NCBI RefSeq assembly: GCF_017115095.1
Contig: NZ_JABXKI010000204.1
Span: forward strand, 24,494-42,018
DNA: 17,525 nt
Origin: Nostoc sp. NMS4
Lineage (GTDB): Bacteria > Cyanobacteriota > Cyanobacteriia > Cyanobacteriales > Nostocaceae
Direction of reading: 5' to 3'
Part shown: in pieces, positions 7,526-14,295 of the stretch
How the letters are laid out: the number at the start of each line of letters is the position of its first letter
Numbering within the stretch: the first letter of the stretch is position 1
Position numbers and translations under genes: made by a program
Notes under the pieces: model-generated
Database searches by the model: none
Seen by the model: only the letters and a program-made list of their open reading frames with translations
What the model was told of the DNA's origin: nothing

Positions 7526-7780
7526 TTACCCCCCTTAATCCCCCCTTAGAAAGGGGGGAAACCAGAAAATCTAGTTCCCTCCCCTTTCCAAGGCTACGGT
7601 GTACACACAAGTCCTCTTACCCCCCTCAATCCCCCCGATGCATTGGGGGGAAGCCGGAAATCTAGTTCCCTCTCCTTTGCAAGGGGAGGGTTAGGGTGGG
7701 GTAATTCAACAGACTGATTGTGATTCGATAACTTGTGTATACACGGTAGCCTTTGCAAGGGGAGGGTTAGGGTGGGGTAA
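7526..7780. mobile_element. MITE-like nested-palindrome dispersed repeat, copy A
   Basis: 20-bp cores CTACGGTGTACACACAAGTC (7594-7613) and ACTTGTGTATACACGGTAG (7731-7749) form an inverted pair. They enclose G/C-run hairpins (TTACCCCCC..CCCCCC / GGGGGG.., CTAGTTCCCTC.CCTTTGCAAGGGGAGGGTTAGGGTGGGGTA). Outer arms of the same type flank the pair. Related copies lie at 10357-10743 and 13734-13959. Confidence 0.75.
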
Positions 7781-7782
7781 AG

Positions 7783-7923
7783 CGCTTCTATGACATTTTT
7801 CAGCGCCTTACTCAACATTTTCGGGTCGCCTTCTTCTAAAATAACTTCAATATAAGCTGCGGCTTCTAGTGGATTTTTTAAGTCTTGAATCAGTTTTTCA
7901 TGATAGCTTGTACTTTTAGGCAT
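7783..7923 (-). pseudogene. 3'-truncated HigA-type antitoxin (addiction-module antidote protein) remnant
   Basis: MPKSTSYHEKLIQDLKNPLEAAAYIEVILEEGDPKMLSKALKNVIEA matches the N-terminal third of HigA/antidote proteins. After that point the frame reads into repeat copy A (YPTLTLPLQ...), so the HTH domain is missing. The track ORF 7594..8037 is a chimera of this remnant and repeat sequence. Confidence 0.6.
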
Positions 7924-8068
7924 GATCTCTACTCCTGTAGTCTTCCCAATATTCCTTGGCTTTGGCAATATCCTTTTCTTGAGTGCTTTTATCACCACCA
8001 CACAAAAGAATAATAACTGTTGATCCTTGCTGTCCAACTTTGCGATCGCTGTAAATCAACAATATACA
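7916..8068 (-). pseudogene. 5'-truncated RelE/ParE-superfamily (HigB-type 'addiction module killer') toxin remnant
   Basis: Hand translation gives ...DRKVGQQGSTVIILLCGGDKSTQEKDIAKAKEYWEDYRSRDHA*. The LLCGGDKSTQ.KDI..A motif is the characteristic C-terminus of this toxin family. The stop overlaps the antitoxin ATG (ATGCCTAA), which is the normal toxin-first arrangement. Only 50 codons remain before an in-frame TAG at 8069-8071. Confidence 0.6.
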
Positions 8069-8109
8069 CTAGCGATGATTGCACTCACCAACAAACTTTA
8101 GTCATCAAT

Positions 8110-8277
8110 GTTACAACATTAACCCTTAAGGTTACAACATTAAGCCTTAAAGCTAGAACATTAAGCCTTAAAGTTACAACATTAACCCTTAAAGCTAGAA
8201 CATTAAGCCTTAAGATTACAACATTAAGCCTTAGAGCCAGAACATTAAGCCTTAAAGTTACAACATTAAGCCTTAAG
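8110..8277. repeat. Tandem array of eight 21-bp units (GTTACAACATTAAGCCTTAAA / GCTAGAACATTAAGCCTTAAA variants) plus a partial ninth
   Basis: Unit boundaries at 8110, 8131, 8152, 8173, 8194, 8215, 8236 and 8257 were verified by hand. Two unit types mostly alternate. HIP1 sites flank the array at 8042-8049 and 8284-8291. Confidence 0.95.
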
Positions 8278-8541
8278 ATTAAAGCGATCGCAGTTAACTA
8301 GAAGTAAAGGTGCGATGTCTACGACGGGCTATGCCTACGCTTATGCAACAATATTGTAGTTTTCGTGCAACTTAAACATAATATTATATTTTTCAAGAAA
8401 TCAACCCTTGGTGATTAAATACCGAAAAATTACGGACATAAGTAAAAAATTTTATTTAAAAGACTGCGCTTTTTGCTGAACCATAATATAGATTAATTGA
8501 GACAAAATAGCTCTGTAAAGCTTTAATATCTGGATAAATTT

Positions 8542-8937
8542 ATGTCTCGAAAAAAACGTAGCTCCCGGATTTTAGAAAAAGCTGAGTTTAGAGTTGCCGG
8601 GCTGAAAGCTATTGATCAAAATATCAGATTTGATGATACTTACAACTTGCAAAATTTGACTCAATTAATAGAAGATTTTCACAATATACTTAATGAGTAT
8701 AACGCTGCTATAGCGATGATTGACTCTTCTAAAACAAAGTTAGATGAGATGGAAAAAAACTTAAATCAGGTTTCAGACAAAATGCTGATGGGAGTTGGTT
8801 TCAAGTATGGCAAAAATAGTAAGGAATATGGACTTGCAGGTGGTGTTCGAGATAGCGATCGTATCCGTAAAAGCAGATTAACACGCTTGAAAGCTAATAC
8901 AGATAAAACATCAGATGAAAAAGCTATAACCGCCTAG
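8542..8937 (+). CDS. Hypothetical protein, 131 aa, predicted coiled coil with basic N- and C-terminal tails
   Basis: ATG-initiated ORF with protein-like composition (MSRKKRSSRILEKAE...; C-terminal RIRKSRLTRLK). A strong hairpin follows it at 9028-9059. I recognise no motif. Confidence 0.6.
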   Translation: MSRKKRSSRILEKAEFRVAGLKAIDQNIRFDDTYNLQNLTQLIEDFHNILNEYNAAIAMIDSSKTKLDEMEKNLNQVSDKMLMGVGFKYGKNSKEYGLAGGVRDSDRIRKSRLTRLKANTDKTSDEKAITA

Positions 8938-9027
8938 TACCGCTACGTGGAAGTCAAAATTCAAAAGGTTTATAGAATCTGCTTTTAACTTTTTTAGAAT
9001 GGTATCTGTGAAAATTTAAGGTGTCCA

Positions 9028-9059
9028 GATCCCCGACTTCTTTGAGAAGTCGGGGATCT
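9028..9059 (+). terminator. GC-rich hairpin AGATCCCCGACTTC-TTTGA-GAAGTCGGGGATCT; candidate intrinsic terminator and a Nostoc-type dispersed palindrome
   Basis: A perfect 14-bp stem with a 5-nt loop, followed by the moderately T-rich ATTTCATT. It lies about 90 nt after the 8542..8937 stop. I recall this palindrome recurring in Nostocales genomes, but that is unverified. Confidence 0.55.
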
Positions 9060-9065
9060 ATTTCA

Positions 9066-9094
9066 TTACGAATGATTCAGGACTGCTATATAAT
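9066..9094 (+). promoter_or_regulatory. Candidate sigma70-type promoter for the 9138..10058 gene (TTACGA - 17 nt - TATAAT)
   Basis: A -35-like TTACGA (9066-9071) and a consensus -10 TATAAT (9089-9094) are spaced 17 nt apart. The -10 ends about 44 nt upstream of the ATG. This is a sequence match only. Confidence 0.35.
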
Positions 9095-9137
9095 AAGACT
9101 TTGCATTAACCCAGAAATTCCGAAATCTTAAAATTGA

Positions 9138-10058
9138 ATGACCCGTTTTATACATGATAAATTTGCCAAAGACTATCTAGAAGAATTACTAAAAGATTAC
9201 GGAGAAGTCAAGGCATCAGAAAAAGTATCAGGAGAGATTAAAGAAATAGATGTTTTATTCACTCCTGCTAAACAGCAAAACTCGAATTTACAAATACTGG
9301 GTTTACTAGGAAGATTTGCTGAACATCCTGCAATTATAGAACCATACCGCAATCCAGCTTCTACCGATGAAATCTGCGACTGTATTCTTAAATTATTAGA
9401 AATCAAGGCTTTATTGCGACGAGAAGCTAAGGCAAATAAAACCAAACTTCAGGATTCAGAAATTCCCAGATTGTGGGTTCTTACTCCAACCATATCTGAA
9501 ACTAGATTGTCTAGCTTTGGAACTATGCAAAAACCAGGTTGGTTATCAGGAGTCCATTTTCTACCAGATGCTTTGCGGACAGCAATTGTAGCGATACATC
9601 AACTACCCCAAACACCAGAAACTTTATGGTTGAGGCTTTTAGGTAGGGGAAGTGTGCAGTCACAAGCAATTATCGAGTTGCAAGCGTTACCATTAGATTA
9701 TCCATACCAAAAAGCAACTCTTGAATTAGTTTACAACTTGCGGGAAAACTTGAGAGTAAATCAAGAGTTAGAAGCAGATGATAGGGAGTTAATTATGCAA
9801 TTAGAACCACTTTATCAAAGAGACAGAGAACAAGCCAAAGAAGAAGGAAGGCAAGAAGGAAGGCAAGAGGGAAGGCAAGAAGGAAAACAAGGCTTAATAC
9901 TGCGTCTACTAAATCGCCGTATTGGTGAAATTGATGCATCATTAATCGAACGAATTCAAGGTTTATCGCTCGAAGAATTAGAGAATTTAGGAGAAGCATT
10001 ACTAGACTTTTCTAGTGTTGCTGATTTAGAAACTTGGTTAAACCAACAATCAATCTAA
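9138..10058 (+). CDS. Cyanobacterial multi-copy family protein: N-terminal Rpn/YhgA-like (putative PD-(D/E)XK nuclease / 'putative transposase') region plus a C-terminal DUF4351 domain
   Basis: 306 aa. The N-terminus MTRFIHDKFAKDYLEELL...EIKEIDVLFTP...AIIEPY and the C-terminus LILRLLNRRIGEIDASLIERIQGLSLEELENLGEALLDFSSVADLETWL match my recollection of this expanded cyanobacterial family. Domain names are from memory. Confidence 0.75.
   Translation: MTRFIHDKFAKDYLEELLKDYGEVKASEKVSGEIKEIDVLFTPAKQQNSNLQILGLLGRFAEHPAIIEPYRNPASTDEICDCILKLLEIKALLRREAKANKTKLQDSEIPRLWVLTPTISETRLSSFGTMQKPGWLSGVHFLPDALRTAIVAIHQLPQTPETLWLRLLGRGSVQSQAIIELQALPLDYPYQKATLELVYNLRENLRVNQELEADDRELIMQLEPLYQRDREQAKEEGRQEGRQEGRQEGKQGLILRLLNRRIGEIDASLIERIQGLSLEELENLGEALLDFSSVADLETWLNQQSI
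9843..9890 (+). repeat. Four tandem 12-bp units (GAAGGAAGGCAA) encoding the (E)GRQ-EGRQ-EGRQ-EGKQ linker
   Basis: Units lie at 9843-9854, 9855-9866, 9867-9878 (1 mismatch) and 9879-9890 (2 mismatches). They are in frame within the 9138..10058 gene. Confidence 0.9.
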
Positions 10059-10085
10059 TTCATTTCGATTGATAAAGAGTTAATT

Positions 10086-10325
10086 ATGCGACTAGAACCA
10101 CTTTATCAAAGAGACAGAGAACAAGCTATACAGGAAGGAAATAAACAACGAGAACAACGTCTAGTTATACGTCAACTCAATCGCCGTATTGGTGAGATTG
10201 ATACGTCATTAATCGAACGAATTCAAGGTTTATCGCTCGAAGAATTAGAGAATTTAGGAGAAGCATTGCTAGACTTTTCTAGTGTTGCTGATTTTGAAAT
10301 TTGGTTAAACCAACAATCAATCTAA
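10086..10325 (+). CDS. Stand-alone DUF4351 cassette (79 aa), a tandem duplicate of the 3' end of the preceding gene; may be a gene fragment
   Basis: MRLEPLYQRDREQA...RRIGEIDTSLIERIQGLSLEELENLGEALLDFSSVADFEIWLNQQSI is near-identical to residues ~219-306 of the upstream protein. Nucleotide identity extends into both flanks (GAGTTAATTATG... and ...TAATTCATT). Confidence 0.55.
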   Translation: MRLEPLYQRDREQAIQEGNKQREQRLVIRQLNRRIGEIDTSLIERIQGLSLEELENLGEALLDFSSVADFEIWLNQQSI

Positions 10326-10356
10326 TTCATTATTACTATAGCTGGGAAATCGAATT

Positions 10357-10743
10357 ATTACCCCCCTTTATAAGGTGGGAAACAAGAAAATCCGGTTCCC
10401 TCCCCTTTATAACTACCGTGTATACACAAGTCTGAAATACCTGATTAACCAGGGTTTTACCCCACCCTAACCCTCCCCTTGCAAAGGGGAGGGAACTAGA
10501 TTTTTTGGTTTCCCCCCAATGCAAGTAGTAATGCAACTCGCCAAGGCGAAAAACAAGGGAGGGAACTAGATTTTTCGGTTTCCCCCCAATGCAAGTAGTA
10601 ATGCAACTCGCCAAGGCGAAAAACAAGGGAGGGAACTAGATTTTCCGGTTTCCCCCCTTTGCATCGGGGGGATTAAGGGGGGTAATTCGACTTGTGTATA
10701 CACCGTAGCCCCTTTATAAGGGGAGGGTTAGGGTGGGGTAAAA
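10357..10743. mobile_element. MITE-like nested-palindrome dispersed repeat, copy B (core inverted relative to copy A, internally expanded)
   Basis: Inverted 20-bp cores CTACCGTGTATACACAAGTC (10413-10432) and GACTTGTGTATACACCGTAG (10689-10708). Outer arms are CCCTCCCCTTTATAA / TTATAAGGGGAGGG. The interior matches the reverse complement of copy A's interior. Confidence 0.75.
10491..10657. repeat. 70-bp tandem duplication inside repeat copy B (2 full units plus a 27-bp partial third)
   Basis: Units 10491-10560 and 10561-10630 differ at one position (T/C in GATTTTT[T/C]GG). Each unit consists of about 31 bp of element core (GGGAACTAGATTTTT.GGTTTCCCCCC...) plus a 39-bp segment AATGCAAGTAGTAATGCAACTCGCCAAGGCGAAAAACAA. 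Confidence 0.9.
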
Positions 10744-10974
10744 CAATATATGACACATCAATCATGACTTTCCAAACATCCTCTTAGTCCAAGTCGGTGG
10801 ACTAAGTTTTGTGTAGTAGCAAATTCTATTCGCCTCACACTTTTCAAACTTTCAGTATAAAAAAACTTTGCTAATAACCGATTACCAGTAAGGCTTTCAA
10901 TAATAAAAGTAAGCTAAACTTTTATAGCCAAGTATTGCCTAAAAATATTTCATAATTGAAGGGAGAAAATCCCA

Positions 10975-13653
10975 ATGGAGAAGATCAAAATGCTAGAACA
11001 ATATCGTAAACACGTTGCCGAAAGAGCAGCACTCGGTATTCCCCCTTTACCATTGGATGCAAAGCAAACCTCAGAATTATGTGAATTACTGAAAAATCCG
11101 CCCAAGGGTCAAGAGGATATATTATTGCATTTATTGAGCGATCGCATTTCTCCGGGTGTCGATCCAGCAGCTTATGTCAAAGCCGGATTTCTCACCGCCA
11201 TTGCCAAGGAAGAAATCACCAGTCCTTTAATTGCGCCCATCGAAGCGGTGCAATTATTGGGGACAATGATTGGTGGTTACAACGTGCAATCTTTAATCGA
11301 TTTGCTGCAATTGCCCACTGTATCCCTCTCAGACTCATCTGAAACACCTCTAGTAATGGGCGGACAAGGAAAGGAACCCATCGCCGCCTACGCCGCCAAC
11401 GCCTTAAGCAAAATTCTCTTGGTGTATGACGCTTACCACGATGTTTTAGAGTTGTCTAAAACCAATCCTTTCGCCAAGCGGGTGGTTGACTCTTGGGCGG
11501 AAGCTGAATGGTTTACCCTCCGCCCCACAGTTCCAGAAGCGATTACTGTCACCGTTTTTAAAGTTCCTGGCGAAACCAATACCGACGATTTATCACCCGC
11601 CCAAAGCGCTACAACTCGCCCAGATATTCCCTTACACGCCTTAGTGATGTTAGAGTCACGGCAACCGGGAAGCTTGGCAACCATTGCCGAGTTGAAGGAA
11701 AAAGGGCATCCTGTAGCTTATGTTGGCGATGTAGTTGGTACTGGTTCCTCGCGGAAATCTGCTATTAACTCCGTATTGTGGCATACAGGAAATAATATAC
11801 CTTTTGTGCCAAACAAACGCGCTGGGGGTTATGTTTTAGGTGGTGCGATCGCGCCAATTTTCTTTAACACAGCAGAAGATGCCGGTGCTTTGCCTATTCA
11901 GTGCGATGTCACCAAACTCGAAACAGGTATGGTGATTACCATCCATCCCTACAAAGGCGAAATCACCAACGAAACAGGGGAAGTCATTTCCACCTTTACC
12001 CTTAAACCCGACACCATCCTCGATGAAGTCCGCGCAGGTGGACGCATCCCTCTACTTATCGGACGTACCCTCACCGACAAAACTCGTCTTGCACTTGGTT
12101 TAGAACCCAGCACAGTTTTTACCCGTCCCCAGCAAGGCTTTGATACAGGCAAAGGCTACACCCTGGCACAGAAAATGGTAGGTAAGGCTTGCGGACTACC
12201 TGGTGTACGTCCCGGCACATCTTGCGAACCCATCATTACTACCGTTGGTTCTCAGGATACCACAGGCCCCATGACCCGCGACGAATTGACAGAACTCGCC
12301 TGTCTTGGTTTCAGTGCAGACTTAGTTATCCAAAGTTTCTGCCACACTGTTGCTTATCCCAAACCAGTAGACATCAAAACTCATCACGAACTTCCTGATT
12401 TCTTTGCTTCTCGTGGCGGTGTCGCCCTCCGCCCCGGTGATGGTATCATCCACTCTTGGTTAAACCGGATGCTGCTACCCGACACCGTGGGAACTGGCGG
12501 CGACTCTCACACCCGCTTCCCCTTGGGTATTTCTTTCCCCGCCGGTTCTGGATTAGTAGCTTTTGCAGCCGCCTTGGGTGTCATGCCTTTAGATATGCCA
12601 GAGTCAGTTTTGGTAAAATTTAAAGGTGAATTGCAACCAGGTATTACCCTACGGGATGTGGTGAATGCCATTCCCTACGTGGCAATTCAAAAAGGTTTGC
12701 TGACAGCAGACAAGCAGAACAAGAAAAATATCTTCTCCGGGCGAATTCTGGAAATAGAAGGTTTGCCAGATTTAAAAGTTGAACAAGCTTTTGAACTAAC
12801 CGATGCTAGCGCTGAACGTTCTTGTGCTGGATGTACAATTAAGCTGAGTGTAGAGACAATTTCAGAATATCTGCGTTCTAACGTCGCCCTGCTGAAAAAT
12901 ATGATAGCACGGGGCTATCACGATCCGCGTACCATGCTGCGCCGTGTGGCCAAGATGGAAGAATGGTTAGCCAATCCCGTATTATTAGAAGGCGATGCCG
13001 ATGCGGAGTATGCCGAAATAATTGAAATTGATTTGAACGAAATCAAAGAACCAATTGTTGCTGCTCCCAATGACCCCGATAATGTTAAATTATTATCAGA
13101 AGTTGCCAACGATCCAGTACAAGAAGTATTCCTCGGTTCTTGTATGACAAATATTGGTCATTATCGGGCAACAGCGAAAGTTTTGGAAGGTGCAGGGGAA
13201 GTGAAAACTCGTCTGTGGATAGCACCACCAACCCGCATGGATGAACATCAATTAAAAGAAGAAGGTGTATACAGTATTTTTGGGGCTGCGGGTGCGCGGA
13301 CAGAAATGCCAGGATGCAGCTTGTGTATGGGTAATCAGGCGCGAGTTGCTGATGGCACAACAGTGTTTTCTACCTCTACCCGTAACTTCAATAATCGCAT
13401 GGGTAAAGATGCGCGAGTGTATCTTGGTTCAGCCGAATTAGCCGCAGTTTGTGCGCTGCTGGGGCGGCTTCCCACAGTGCAGGAATACATGGATATTGTA
13501 GCGAGTAGAATTGAGCCTTTTGCCGATGATTTGTATCGGTATTTGAACTTCGATCAAATTGTTGGTTTTGAGGATGAAGGGCGAGTGATTCCGTTGGAAG
13601 ATATGCCGAAGCTGGAGGATATTTTGGGTATGCCAGCTAGTAGTTTGCGTTAG
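10975..13653 (+). CDS. acnB: Aconitate hydratase B (bifunctional aconitate hydratase 2 / 2-methylisocitrate dehydratase)
   Basis: 892 aa, collinear with E. coli AcnB as I recall it: [24 protein letters not shown]..., [48 protein letters not shown], and the Fe-S ligand context GSCMTNIGH / [22 protein letters not shown] lies about 10 nt upstream of 10975. The alternative start is Met6 at 10990. Confidence 0.97.
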   Translation: MEKIKMLEQYRKHVAERAALGIPPLPLDAKQTSELCELLKNPPKGQEDILLHLLSDRISPGVDPAAYVKAGFLTAIAKEEITSPLIAPIEAVQLLGTMIGGYNVQSLIDLLQLPTVSLSDSSETPLVMGGQGKEPIAAYAANALSKILLVYDAYHDVLELSKTNPFAKRVVDSWAEAEWFTLRPTVPEAITVTVFKVPGETNTDDLSPAQSATTRPDIPLHALVMLESRQPGSLATIAELKEKGHPVAYVGDVVGTGSSRKSAINSVLWHTGNNIPFVPNKRAGGYVLGGAIAPIFFNTAEDAGALPIQCDVTKLETGMVITIHPYKGEITNETGEVISTFTLKPDTILDEVRAGGRIPLLIGRTLTDKTRLALGLEPSTVFTRPQQGFDTGKGYTLAQKMVGKACGLPGVRPGTSCEPIITTVGSQDTTGPMTRDELTELACLGFSADLVIQSFCHTVAYPKPVDIKTHHELPDFFASRGGVALRPGDGIIHSWLNRMLLPDTVGTGGDSHTRFPLGISFPAGSGLVAFAAALGVMPLDMPESVLVKFKGELQPGITLRDVVNAIPYVAIQKGLLTADKQNKKNIFSGRILEIEGLPDLKVEQAFELTDASAERSCAGCTIKLSVETISEYLRSNVALLKNMIARGYHDPRTMLRRVAKMEEWLANPVLLEGDADAEYAEIIEIDLNEIKEPIVAAPNDPDNVKLLSEVANDPVQEVFLGSCMTNIGHYRATAKVLEGAGEVKTRLWIAPPTRMDEHQLKEEGVYSIFGAAGARTEMPGCSLCMGNQARVADGTTVFSTSTRNFNNRMGKDARVYLGSAELAAVCALLGRLPTVQEYMDIVASRIEPFADDLYRYLNFDQIVGFEDEGRVIPLEDMPKLEDILGMPASSLR

Positions 13654-13666
13654 TTAAGTATAGTAT

Positions 13667-13683
13667 GGTGGGCATTGCCCACC
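13667..13683 (+). terminator. Hairpin GGTGGGCA-T-TGCCCACC just downstream of acnB
   Basis: An 8-bp GC-rich dyad starts 14 nt after the acnB stop. No T-tract follows. I recall this GGTGGGCAATGCCCACC-type palindrome as another recurrent cyanobacterial motif. Confidence 0.4.
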
Positions 13684-13733
13684 TAATTGCTGCTCAAAGT
13701 AATTAGGACTTACGCACTGAAGCCTGAAACCTA

Positions 13734-13959
13734 GATCCCCCCTAGCCCCCCTTAAAAAGCTACGGTGTACACATCTTGGTAATGAAGCCCCAATCCTGGA
13801 TTTACCCCCCTTAATCCCCCCTTGTAAAGGGGGGAAATATCCGGTTCTCCCCCTTGCCAAGGGGGAGTTAGAGGGGGTCAGAAAGACTTGTGTGTACACT
13901 GTAGCCCTTAAAAAGGGGGGAACTTCTAAAGCCCCCTTTTTAAGGGGGTTGGGGGATCT
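13734..13959. mobile_element. MITE-like nested-palindrome dispersed repeat, copy C
   Basis: The terminal inverted repeat is GATCCCCCCTAGCCCCCCTTAAAAAG... on the left and, read on the complement, GATCCCCCAACCCCCTTAAAAAG on the right. Inner cores are CTACGGTGTACACATC (13760-13775) and GACTTGTGTGTACACTGTAG (13885-13904). The central hairpins are TTACCCCCCTTAATCCCCCC..GGGGGGAAA. Confidence 0.75.
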
Positions 13960-13977
13960 CAGTATCTAAGTGTTAGC

Positions 13978-14295
13978 TTAAATCTTTGTTTGTAGATATT
14001 GCACCAACTGCGGTGCTTGCATCACTCCTTCTATCCGCTCTACAGGTTTACCCTGCTTAAACAGTACTAAAGTTGGGAGAGAAGCAATTTTATACTCTGT
14101 AGCCAAATCTGTGTATTTTTCTGTGTCGATTTTGACAATCCGCAAGCGATCCTTAAGTTGGGCATTGACTTGCTCTAAAATTGGCACCATCATCTGACAG
14201 GGGCCACACCAGTCAGCGTAAAAATCTACTAATACAGGCACATCAGAAGCAGACAGCATATCTTCAAAGCTATTAAATTGCTTTTTAGTTGCCAT
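13978..14295 (-). CDS. Thioredoxin
   Basis: The WCGPC active site sits in ...VLVDFYADWCGPCQMMVPIL..., and the length and fold pattern fit thioredoxin. The track start at 14307 is a GTG; the first ATG (MATKKQF...) is at 14295. Confidence 0.92.
   Translation of the reverse strand: MATKKQFNSFEDMLSASDVPVLVDFYADWCGPCQMMVPILEQVNAQLKDRLRIVKIDTEKYTDLATEYKIASLPTLVLFKQGKPVERIEGVMQAPQLVQYLQTKI

Noticed and set aside
7594-8037. Track ORF of 147 aa on the minus strand
   Set aside because: It is a chimera. Its 5' part is an alternative frame through the toxin remnant, its middle is the genuine HigA N-terminus, and its 3' part (YPTLTLPLQRLPCIH...GGLRGVRGLVCTP) is translated palindromic repeat. I replaced it with two pseudogene calls and a repeat call.
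8020-8301. Track ORF encoding a TTLSLKA/TTLTLKV heptad-repeat protein (93 aa)
   Set aside because: It is a translation of the 21-bp tandem DNA array, and any array with a unit length divisible by 3 stays open in some frame. It has no convincing start context and lies in a region of truncated genes. I treat it as a DNA repeat, not a CDS.
10336-10626. Track ORF (96 aa, minus strand) with duplicated peptide segments
   Set aside because: It lies entirely within repeat copy B and its 70-bp tandem duplication. Its G/P/L-rich composition derives from the G/C runs.
10487-10657. A repeat(31 bp)-spacer(39 bp)-repeat-spacer-repeat layout that superficially resembles a mini CRISPR array
   Set aside because: The two 'spacers' are identical to each other, so this is a plain 70-bp tandem duplication. 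The 'repeat' is part of the dispersed palindromic element also found at 7526-7780 and 13734-13959. No cas genes are present in the window.
13654-13899. Track ORF (81 aa, minus strand) downstream of acnB
   Set aside because: It lies within repeat copy C and the acnB terminator region. Its composition (GG, PP and R runs) is typical of translated G/C-run palindromes.
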